This document shows positions 1 to 7,557 of a DNA stretch of 64,000 nt, piece by piece (position 1 is the stretch's first letter; the number at the start of each line of letters is the position of its first letter). This DNA comes from an uncultured cyanobacterium. Lineage in GTDB: Bacteria > Cyanobacteriota > Cyanobacteriia > Cyanobacteriales > Nostocaceae. A model generated the notes under the pieces. It worked only from the letters and a program-made list of their open reading frames with translations. It was not told the DNA's origin and searched no databases. The translations under genes were made by a program, and so were the position numbers. The stretch lies in contig OY970166.1 of assembly GCA_963706595.1 (NCBI GenBank), positions 3,648,001-3,712,000 of the forward strand, read 5' to 3'.

Positions 1-98
1 TTGTGGACTTACACCGTGGTCACATTGCGGTGGAAAGTGAAGTTGGTGTCAGTACAACATTTACTATCATGCTACCAGCAGTCAAATCAAATTTCTGA
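1..98 (+). CDS. 3' end of a sensor histidine kinase (HATPase_c C-terminus), partial at window edge
   Basis: Frame from nt 3 reads VDLHRGHIAVESEVGVSTTFTIMLPAVKSNF*, a typical HATPase tail; lies directly upstream of a response regulator. Confidence 0.8.
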   Translation, partial: VDLHRGHIAVESEVGVSTTFTIMLPAVKSNF

Positions 99-152
99 GT
101 TCAGCAAAGTCTTTGTTAATTGTTTCTTGCCCAAAATTTTAGGGATAAAAAA

Positions 153-971
153 ATGCTCCAAGAATCGAAAACAATACTGATAATTGAAGATCATGCTACT
201 ACTCGCAATCTTTATGTTGCTGGTCTTGAGGCTGAAGGTTTTACCGTCATAAGTGCAGAAAATGGTCGCGTTGGTATTGAAAAAGCACAAACCTATTTAC
301 CTGATTTGGTGGTTTGCGATATTGTCATGCCGGATATGGATGGTTATGGCGTTCTCCATCAGATGCGCCAAGATCCTCTAACTGCGATTATTCCCTTCAT
401 TTTTCTCACAGGTAGTGACCATCAGACAGATGTTCGTAAAGGCATGGAGTTGGGCGCAGACGATTATCTGACTAAACCTTCTACTTTAGAGCAATTACTC
501 AAGGCGATCGCGATCCGATTAGAAAAACAATCTCTTTTGCATCGCTGGTATGCGGCTAAATCTCATCAAATGCCAGAATCAGTACCCGCAAATACAACTC
601 CATCTGTCACCTCTGAGTCCATCTTTCCCGCCAGTCGCCATCTCAAAGAAGTTTTCGACTACATTGAAGCTAATTATCATCGAGGAATTACTTTATCTAA
701 TGTGGCTGAGGCTGTTGGTTATTCATCAGCTTACTTAACAAGTAGAGTCAGGGATAAAACAGGTCACACTGTTAATGGTTGGATTGTCAAGCGCCGCATG
801 GCCGCAGCCTGTCTCTTATTGAGGGATAGTGACCAGACAATAGAGCAGATTGCTACAGCCCTGGGCTATCAAAATGCTTGTCATTTCTCTCGCCAGTTTC
901 GCCAACATCACGGCATACCTCCCAAAACTTGGAGAAAAAACAATGAACTTTCTCAAGTTCTTAGCCATTAG
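153..971 (+). CDS. Response regulator, REC + AraC-type HTH
   Basis: IIEDH...DLVVCDIVMPDMDG...ADDYLTKP receiver and C-terminal GYQNACHFSRQFRQHHGIPP AraC motif; ATG 153 preferred over TTG 120. Confidence 0.9.
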   Translation: MLQESKTILIIEDHATTRNLYVAGLEAEGFTVISAENGRVGIEKAQTYLPDLVVCDIVMPDMDGYGVLHQMRQDPLTAIIPFIFLTGSDHQTDVRKGMELGADDYLTKPSTLEQLLKAIAIRLEKQSLLHRWYAAKSHQMPESVPANTTPSVTSESIFPASRHLKEVFDYIEANYHRGITLSNVAEAVGYSSAYLTSRVRDKTGHTVNGWIVKRRMAAACLLLRDSDQTIEQIATALGYQNACHFSRQFRQHHGIPPKTWRKNNELSQVLSH

Positions 972-1009
972 AAGCCGCAACATGAAAACTATGCACCTTT
1001 AGGTCGAGG

Positions 1010-1330
1010 TTAACTGTTTTTGGGCTTTGTCAATTGCTGCACCACTAATTGGATTGCCAAAGCTAACAAACCAATTGCAACTATACCAAATATTCCAGTT
1101 CCCAAAGCAACTACACCGACGACTAAAGTCCGCACAGCAGCACCAATGTTTACAGCTATGGGGTTATCTGAATGGATAGGTTTAGCCGCAAAAGTTGTGG
1201 CGATGGATATCATTAGCGAATACATCGCATATCCTAATCCTCCAGCAAATATTGCGCCCGTTATACAACGCAATGGAGTTGGCGGAACCGGATTTTGCGC
1301 TTCTGCTTCTGTTACGTTTGAATCACTCAT
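1010..1330 (-). CDS. DUF3082-like membrane protein
   Basis: Two hydrophobic segments; PTPLRC...AVRTLVVG motif of this cyanobacterial family. Confidence 0.75.
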   Translation of the reverse strand: MSDSNVTEAEAQNPVPPTPLRCITGAIFAGGLGYAMYSLMISIATTFAAKPIHSDNPIAVNIGAAVRTLVVGVVALGTGIFGIVAIGLLALAIQLVVQQLTKPKNS

Positions 1331-1402
1331 ATCTTCTTAGTGTCTTAGGATCTTGGTGGTTAATACTAATGGTTTAAGGAAATTCGTGTGCCGAAAACCC
1401 TT

Positions 1403-1431
1403 GTAGAGACGTTCCATGGAACGTCTCTACA
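1403..1431. repeat. REP-like palindrome GTAGAGACG...CGTCTCTAC (relatives at ~50453-50484 and ~50713-50741)
   Basis: tgtagagacgttccatggaacgtctctaca is a perfect palindrome; same arms recur twice near 50.5 kb. Confidence 0.75.
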
Positions 1432-1499
1432 CTCCTTAACCAAAAAGTATTGTCTTGGTAGTAGGTTTCGACTTCGCTCAACCCAAGGAAAAAACTTCC

Positions 1500-2453
1500 T
1501 TAAACTGATGATGCCACCTGAATGCCATCTGTAATTGTCCGCGTTACAAACAATTCTAAATCTTCATCAGGAATTGCGGCTCTCATTTGTAGTTTAACTG
1601 CTTGTGCTTGTTCTTCAGACTCCACTAGGGCAAACACTGTGGGACCAGAACCAGACATCATGGTTCCTAAAACCCCTGCTTGAGTGGCAAATAATTCTCG
1701 CAGTTGTAAAACTTGAGGATAAGCTGGTAAGACGACACGTTCTAAATCATTGTGCAGTTTTTGGGCAATTTCTCCGGCATCTTGATTCAGGATAGCTTTA
1801 ACTATTGCTCCAGAATGAACTGCGGCCGCACGCGCTGCTAAATTTTCTGTATCTTTGAGATAAGAACTGCCAAATTCTTGGCGATAGGTTTTGTACGCCC
1901 AAGCTGTGGAAACTTCCAGACTGCGATATTTTGCCAATACGAGATATATAGTATCCAAACTTGGTAAAGGGGAAAGTTGCTCACCTCTACCTGTCGCAAT
2001 CACTGTGCCACCAGCGACACAAAAGGGGACATCTGAACCCAGAGTAGCACCCAATTCTTCTAATTCGGGTTTTGTTAGTCCCAGGTTCCATAATAAATCT
2101 ATCCCCACCAAGACAGCTGCGGCATTTGTCGAACCTCCCGCCAACCCAGCCGCTACGGGAATATGCTTATTAATCGTAATTTCCACACCCCCGTATTTAG
2201 CCAAGGCTTCGGGAAATTTCGCCGCCATGAGTGCTGCGGCTCGGTATGCTAAATTACTTTTGTCTGTGGGTACTTGTGGGTGCTTGCAGTTGACGTGAAT
2301 CGTGTCAGTGCTGAGAGATTGCACATTAATTTCGTCTGCAAGATCGATAGTTTGGAGTATCATCGCTAACTCGTGATAACCATCGGGACGGTCAGTGATG
2401 ATTTCCAGATATAAGTTAATTTTAGCAGGAGCAATTAGATTGTATGAACGCAT
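1500..2453 (-). CDS. ispE: 4-diphosphocytidyl-2C-methyl-D-erythritol kinase
   Basis: APAKINLYL, GYHEL, PVAAGLAGGS, MSGSGPTVF motifs. Confidence 0.97.
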   Translation of the reverse strand: MRSYNLIAPAKINLYLEIITDRPDGYHELAMILQTIDLADEINVQSLSTDTIHVNCKHPQVPTDKSNLAYRAAALMAAKFPEALAKYGGVEITINKHIPVAAGLAGGSTNAAAVLVGIDLLWNLGLTKPELEELGATLGSDVPFCVAGGTVIATGRGEQLSPLPSLDTIYLVLAKYRSLEVSTAWAYKTYRQEFGSSYLKDTENLAARAAAVHSGAIVKAILNQDAGEIAQKLHNDLERVVLPAYPQVLQLRELFATQAGVLGTMMSGSGPTVFALVESEEQAQAVKLQMRAAIPDEDLELFVTRTITDGIQVASSV

Positions 2454-2454
2454 A

Positions 2455-2545
2455 TCAGTTATCAGTTATCAGTTATCAGTTATCAGGGGTCAGTTATTGG
2501 GAATCAGTTATCAGTCTGTTTACTGTTCACTGTTCACTGTTAACT
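2455..2545. repeat. STRR heptamer array (TCAGTTA)n / (ACTGTTC)n
   Basis: Tandem tcagtta units; the actgttc units supply the last codons of rsmA. Confidence 0.85.
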
Positions 2546-3344
2546 GATTTACTAATGTTACCCATTGCTGAACGCTGAGGTCTTCGGCTCGAACTTGGGG
2601 ATTTATTTCTAATTGTTCCAGTAATTGGGTCAGGCGATCGCGTTCAACTAGAGATTGCAAATTATTTCTTAACATTTTACGTTTCGCCCCAAATCCCAGT
2701 TTGACCAAAGTCTCAAATTTGCGGGGGTTCAGTGCTGGTGTTGAAATCTGCCGGGGACGCAACCGCACAACGGCTGAATCTACCTTTGGTGGTGGGTAAA
2801 ATGCACCTGCGGGAACTGTGCAAATAAATTCACAATCAGCTAAATACTGGACACGCACACTCAACGCGCCGAAAGTTCGGGAACCAGGATTAGCATATAA
2901 CCTATCGGCTACTTCCTTCTGCACTAATAGCACGATAGAGTCAAACGGTTCGGGGTTAGGGTTGGCGATAGTCCCTAGCAACTTCTCTATAATTGGTCCT
3001 GTGATGTTGTAGGGAATATTGGCTACTACTTTGTTTTGCTTTTGAAAGTTGGGAAAGGCTGCTAACGGCGATGCTAAATCTAAGGTGAGGAAATCCCCTT
3101 GCAATAGTAAGAAGTTATCTTTTTTACCCAGTTCCTTGGCTAACTGTTTGCATAAATCAAAGTCTATTTCCACTGCTACGAGCGATCGCACCAAAGGAAG
3201 TAAACGCCGAGTTAGAATACCCGTACCCGGACCAATTTCCAGCACGCGATCGCTCTCGTGACATTCTGCTGCTTTAATAATTGCATCCAGTGCCTTTTCA
3301 CTTTTGAGCCAATGTTGAGCAAAAGACTTGCGCGGTCTAATCAT
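2520..3344 (-). CDS. rsmA: 16S rRNA m6,2A dimethyltransferase
   Basis: RKSFAQHWL, VLEIGPGTG, VANIPYNIT, FYPPPKVDSAV. Confidence 0.97.
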   Translation of the reverse strand: MIRPRKSFAQHWLKSEKALDAIIKAAECHESDRVLEIGPGTGILTRRLLPLVRSLVAVEIDFDLCKQLAKELGKKDNFLLLQGDFLTLDLASPLAAFPNFQKQNKVVANIPYNITGPIIEKLLGTIANPNPEPFDSIVLLVQKEVADRLYANPGSRTFGALSVRVQYLADCEFICTVPAGAFYPPPKVDSAVVRLRPRQISTPALNPRKFETLVKLGFGAKRKMLRNNLQSLVERDRLTQLLEQLEINPQVRAEDLSVQQWVTLVNQLTVNSEQ

Positions 3345-3542
3345 TAATTTTCCTGAATATATCTAATTTTAAGGTTTTTTATTTAGAAGTTCCTAATCAG
3401 ATTGACTGAATATCTTGTGGAATCGGCATACTTCGACAAGCTCAGTACAAGTCTTGCCCGTCCTCATTATGCAAGTTACTGGCATGATATATGATACCAA
3501 GTCCGGTTGAATACGAAACGCGGAACCCCACCAACCCATCTA

Positions 3543-3617
3543 TTATCTCCCCTCCTCGCTTGCGGGGAGGGGTTGGGGGTGGGGTTCCATGATTGTGGTA
3601 ATCGTAACTAATTAACT
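3543..3617 (+). repeat. ~73-bp dispersed repeat, copy 1 (copy 2 at 7485-7557)
   Basis: ttatctcccctcctcgcttgcggggagggg...gattgtggtaatcgtaa-taattaact present twice in direct orientation. Confidence 0.85.
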
Positions 3618-3702
3618 GCACATGAGATGTGAATCAAAGTTTATAGCGTTTTAGATGTATTTATGCGAAAATACCCGGTAAATACCAGCATTTTCTTGCA
3701 TC

Positions 3703-4089
3703 ATGTCATATACACCTTCAGACAGCATTTGGATTGTTACCGATGACACTCCCCAAATTTCCACTCCTAACGGTACGAAAGGCGGAACTAACAATACAAG
3801 AGGCTGGGGCGAAGAACTTCCAAAGGATACCAGCAAAGGGGTAGGAGAAGCCGTTAAGGTTAGCACTGAAAAATTAGAGCAAGAAATGACCCACTTTCTG
3901 CAAGTGGTGGGGCGCTTATTTAACCGTGCTGAACAACAAGCTAAAGTTAACTCTGGGATGCAGTTAGATGAAATTGAGTTATCGGTGGAAATTAGCGGCG
4001 AAGGTGAAGTTAAATTAATTGGCAACGGTGCAAAAGCTGGAGGAAAAGGAGCAATTAAGCTGACATTTAAACGGCAAGAATCAAAATGA
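3703..4089 (+). CDS. Small Pepco/Trypco-like (peptidase co-occurring) protein
   Basis: C-terminal MQLDEIELSVEISGEGEVKLIG..KAGGKGAIKLTFKR resembles Pepco/Trypco domains; stop lies 1 nt before the caspase ATG. Confidence 0.7.
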   Translation: MSYTPSDSIWIVTDDTPQISTPNGTKGGTNNTRGWGEELPKDTSKGVGEAVKVSTEKLEQEMTHFLQVVGRLFNRAEQQAKVNSGMQLDEIELSVEISGEGEVKLIGNGAKAGGKGAIKLTFKRQESK

Positions 4090-4090
4090 G

Positions 4091-6169
4091 ATGGTAAAAA
4101 ATTGGGCGATCGCCATCGGCGTTAACCAGTATGATTATTTGCAACCGCTAAATTATGCCAAGCGGGATGCACAGTTAATCCAGCAGTATCTCCAAAATCA
4201 GGCGGGGTTTGAGCAGATATATTTTTTCTCAGATGATTCCCCTGATATTGACGGAAAATCTACTCGCCCAAACCGTGCTAACCTATTGCGAGTTTTGCGG
4301 CAAAGATTTGAACATCCGTTCATGAGTGCGGGTGATAACTTTTGGTTTTTCTTTAGTGGTCATGGCATCAGACACGCTGGACGTGATTATCTCATGCCTT
4401 GCGATGGCGACCCAGAAGATATTGAAAATACAGCAATTGCCATTAATTATGTTACTGAACGCCTGCGTCGCTGTGGTGCTGATAATGTGGTTTTGATTCT
4501 AGATGCCTGTCGTAGCTTGGCTACTCGTGGCGGGGAAGGTATTGGGCGACAAGCGGCTGAGGAAGCACGTCAACAAGGAGTTATTAGCATATTTTCCTGT
4601 AGTCCCCAGGAGTATTCTTATGAAATTGAGGCATTACAACAAGGTGCTTTTACCACAGCGTTACTAGAAGGGTTAGGAATTCAAGGTAAATGTGCCACTG
4701 TTGAAAGGTTGAACCAGTATTTAAATTCTCGTGTGCCGGAAATTGTTCATCAATATAAAAACGGCAAACAAACGCCTTATGTGATTGCCGAGCCTGTAAA
4801 TAAATCTCACCTGATTCTTGTACCCCAATATGCAACCTTAGCCGATATCGCCACACTCAAAAATGATGCTTATCAGGCAGAAGTAAACAGCAATTTTGAA
4901 CTAGCAGAACAATTATGGATGCGGGTGTTAGCTGCGGCTTCAGGGCAGGATACAGATGCAATCAAGGCTATTCAAAGAATTGCACGGTTGCCAAATAATA
5001 CTGAAGGGTTGCGAACAAATTCGGAATCTGGCAATCAAAAGAGTAGCAACAGCACAAACAGCCCTAATGACTCTAAATCGGTAGAGACTCCAAAACCATC
5101 TAAGGAAATTCTAAATAAACCTGCCAGTAAACCGATTCCAATTCCTCCTCAAAAGCAAAATTCACCAGTTCCGAAAACTCCTGATAATAGAGAGCCGAGA
5201 ATTAAAACACCCACGACTCCCAGACAGTCCACAAATTCTTCACCACAACCACCAATAATAACTAACTGGTCACGGCGGAACGTGATTAAAAGCGTTGGGT
5301 TTGCAGGTGCTGGTTTGGGTTTAGTAATTTTAGTACCGCGCCTCTGGCAATCTAATTCACAAACGGTAGATAATTCACAAGTTGTAACTGTAGATAGAAC
5401 GGGGAAAATCATAGACCGCCGTAATGTTGAAGCGAAATCTTCCATTGAAGACTTAGGGAATGGTGTCACCTTAGAAATGATGCAGATACCAAAGGGAACT
5501 TTTACAATGGGTTCACCAGCAGGGGAAGCAGAACGACTTGACGATGAAAGTCCCCAGCGTGATGTAAATGTTCCTGAGTTCTTGATGGGTAAATATCCAG
5601 TTACCCAGGCACAGTATCAAGCAATTCTGGGGACAAATCCTGCTCATTTTAAAGGTGGAAAAAGACCTGTAGAAACAGTAAGTTGGGATAATGCAGTAGA
5701 GTTTTGTGAAAAATTGAGCCAGAAGACAGGAAAAATTTATAGGCTACCCAGCGAAGCCGAATGGGAATATGCTTGTCGTGCGGGAACAACTACACCCTTT
5801 TATTTTGGTGAATCGATAACCACAGATTTAGTTAACTACAACGGTAACTATCCCTACGCCTCAGCCCCAAAAGGTGAATATCGTGAACAAACAACAGATG
5901 TAGGAAAATTTCCGCCAAACTCTTTCGGTTTGCACGATATGCATGGTAGTATATGGGAATGGTGTCAAGATACATATAATAGTAACTACCAAGGTACGCC
6001 CAAAGACGGTAGTCCGTGGTTAGATGGTAGTGATAAAAACATCAAGCTGATGCGTGGCGGTTCTTGGAGCTACGATGCTAGGACTTGCCGTTCTGCTGTT
6101 CGCTATGGAGTTACCCGCGCGAATCTGAGCAACCATGCTGGTTTTCGTGTTGTTGCGGTGGTTGCGTGA
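4091..6169 (+). CDS. Caspase-like peptidase (C14) + Pro/Ser linker + TM + FGE-sulfatase/CLec domain; DGR target protein
   Basis: Catalytic FSGHG and LDACR; hydrophobic GFAGAGLGLVILV; FTMGSP, RLPSEAEWEYACRAG, RGGSW...GFRVV FGE motifs; 3' end matches a downstream TR. Confidence 0.93.
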   Translation: MVKNWAIAIGVNQYDYLQPLNYAKRDAQLIQQYLQNQAGFEQIYFFSDDSPDIDGKSTRPNRANLLRVLRQRFEHPFMSAGDNFWFFFSGHGIRHAGRDYLMPCDGDPEDIENTAIAINYVTERLRRCGADNVVLILDACRSLATRGGEGIGRQAAEEARQQGVISIFSCSPQEYSYEIEALQQGAFTTALLEGLGIQGKCATVERLNQYLNSRVPEIVHQYKNGKQTPYVIAEPVNKSHLILVPQYATLADIATLKNDAYQAEVNSNFELAEQLWMRVLAAASGQDTDAIKAIQRIARLPNNTEGLRTNSESGNQKSSNSTNSPNDSKSVETPKPSKEILNKPASKPIPIPPQKQNSPVPKTPDNREPRIKTPTTPRQSTNSSPQPPIITNWSRRNVIKSVGFAGAGLGLVILVPRLWQSNSQTVDNSQVVTVDRTGKIIDRRNVEAKSSIEDLGNGVTLEMMQIPKGTFTMGSPAGEAERLDDESPQRDVNVPEFLMGKYPVTQAQYQAILGTNPAHFKGGKRPVETVSWDNAVEFCEKLSQKTGKIYRLPSEAEWEYACRAGTTTPFYFGESITTDLVNYNGNYPYASAPKGEYREQTTDVGKFPPNSFGLHDMHGSIWEWCQDTYNSNYQGTPKDGSPWLDGSDKNIKLMRGGSWSYDARTCRSAVRYGVTRANLSNHAGFRVVAVVA

Positions 6170-6170
6170 G
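6045..6170 (+). repeat. DGR variable repeat (VR)
   Basis: Ungapped 126-bp match to 6340-6465, with 14 of 18 mismatches at TR adenines. Confidence 0.93.
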
Positions 6171-6223
6171 GACACTTTGCTCTTTAGCCCTCTGCACCTC
6201 TTATTCTTTTCACTTCTTTCCCT

Positions 6224-6235
6224 CGCCGTTAGGCG
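6224..6235 (+). other. Short GC hairpin downstream of VR (candidate retrohoming cis-element)
   Basis: cgcc-gtta-ggcg after a pyrimidine-rich tract, about 55 nt past the stop codon. Confidence 0.45.
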
Positions 6236-6259
6236 GAAAAAAGTTTTTTATCAAATATC

Positions 6260-6288
6260 TTGATACAAAATCTCTTTTACACTAGATT
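6260..6288 (+). promoter_or_regulatory. Candidate sigma70 promoter for the TR RNA
   Basis: TTGATA-N17-TAGATT about 50 nt upstream of TR. Confidence 0.5.
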
Positions 6289-6291
6289 TAA

Positions 6292-6615
6292 TCAAATTTC
6301 TCATTGAGTTGAGAATTTGAGGATGGGATAGGCACTTTTAGCTGCTGCGTGGAGGTTCTTGGAACAACAATGCTAGGAATTGCCGTTATGCTGTTCGCAA
6401 TAGGAATACACGCGCGAATCAGAACAACAATGTTGGTTTTCGTGTTGTCGCGGTGGTTGCGTGAGCGCTCCCAAAGGTCAGAGCTGATAAGTGGGAATTT
6501 ATCGGGCGTACAATCGGGAGTCCAGACCTGTCCCAGCGAGGAAGGCGACGACCTACGAATATAAAACTGAGTCGGATAGCTTGGTAGGTTGCAAAACCGA
6601 AGACTTGTCCGACCC
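6292..6615 (+). ncRNA. Putative DGR RNA (5' hairpin + TR + structured spacer)
   Basis: Inverted repeat 6292-6320; stem with GGGA loop 6484-6505; stem 6571-6613 enclosing GGTT-GCAA-AACC. Confidence 0.6.
6340..6465 (+). repeat. DGR template repeat (TR)
   Basis: In the VR frame reads [40 protein letters not shown]; 10 AAC/AAT codons. Confidence 0.93.
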
Positions 6616-6722
6616 AACCAAATCTTTTCTAATTAAAGAAGAAAGCACTAGCGTTAGCTGTTAAATTTGTTAACTATTTAAAACGTTTTATCTTAACAAA
6701 ACTTAATTATCACAGTTACCAG

Positions 6723-6760
6723 ATCCCCGACTTCTTTGAGAAGTCGGGGATTTATTTATT
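6723..6760 (+). terminator. 13-bp hairpin + T-rich tail (terminator or REP-like)
   Basis: atccccgacttct-ttg-agaagtcggggat then ttatttatt. Confidence 0.6.
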
Positions 6761-6965
6761 AAGTTCATAAGTAAAGTTTATTGTATTTTGAACGCAGCAT
6801 TTTCTATGGGCTGTTAGTCTTTTATTATGTGAGCAGTTAAGCAATTCTTGTCTGTCTAAGCATTTATGCCAAGTTCATCATGATTGATTAACTCTTCAGG
6901 AATCTCTCACAAATCTATATTCACTAAATACACAAATTTCCCAAGTCTTAATTACTAGCACTGTT

Positions 6966-7286
6966 ATGACTCATTACTCTCTTGATTGGATTGAAGCCTG
7001 GTGTCAAGAAAACGGCTGGACAGAATTATTTGTCGAGCGGCGCAACAACTATTGGGCTTTTCCTCCTGGATGCGTAATGCCTGAACCAATTCCCCATCAC
7101 GTCCTCAACTTAATTAAGGCTGAAAAGGGTTTCACTGTTGAGGAAAGAGTCTGGTCAGCATCAGCAGTAATTAGCACAATTGTAGCTATAATTTCTACAT
7201 TTGTATTTAAGTGTCCCATGCCATTAGTTTTTGCCTTCGCTTTTAACGCTGTGACTGTAGCTCAACTTGAAATTGAAGATGCATAG
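6966..7286 (+). CDS. Conserved hypothetical membrane protein
   Basis: WIEAWCQENGWTELF..WAFPPG..MPEPIP motif plus C-terminal hydrophobic segment. Confidence 0.75.
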   Translation: MTHYSLDWIEAWCQENGWTELFVERRNNYWAFPPGCVMPEPIPHHVLNLIKAEKGFTVEERVWSASAVISTIVAIISTFVFKCPMPLVFAFAFNAVTVAQLEIEDA

Positions 7287-7484
7287 CCGCAAGCCACAAG
7301 GCGGAAGTCAAAAGTTTACCCTGAGCGAAGTCGAAGGGTCAAAAGTTTTGAGTGTAGTTTTTAAGTCTTGGCGATTAGAATATTGCTACCGCAACGCCAA
7401 GGGCGAACGCATCTACACAAACGAAGTCCGCCTGCGCGGACTAAGAGAATGCTTGAAAAGTTTTGCCTGTGCAAGCCTATATCT

Positions 7485-7557
7485 TTATCTCCCCTCCTCG
7501 CTTGCGGGGAGGGGCTGGGGTGGGGTGGTAGATTGTGGTAATCGTAAATAATTAACT
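7485..7557 (+). repeat. ~73-bp dispersed repeat, copy 2
   Basis: Direct copy of 3543-3617. Confidence 0.85.

Noticed and set aside
6288..6617. 109-aa minus and 71-aa plus ORFs over the TR as possible Avd
   Set aside because: No Avd-like four-helix character; they are alternative-frame or antisense readings of the TR and spacer
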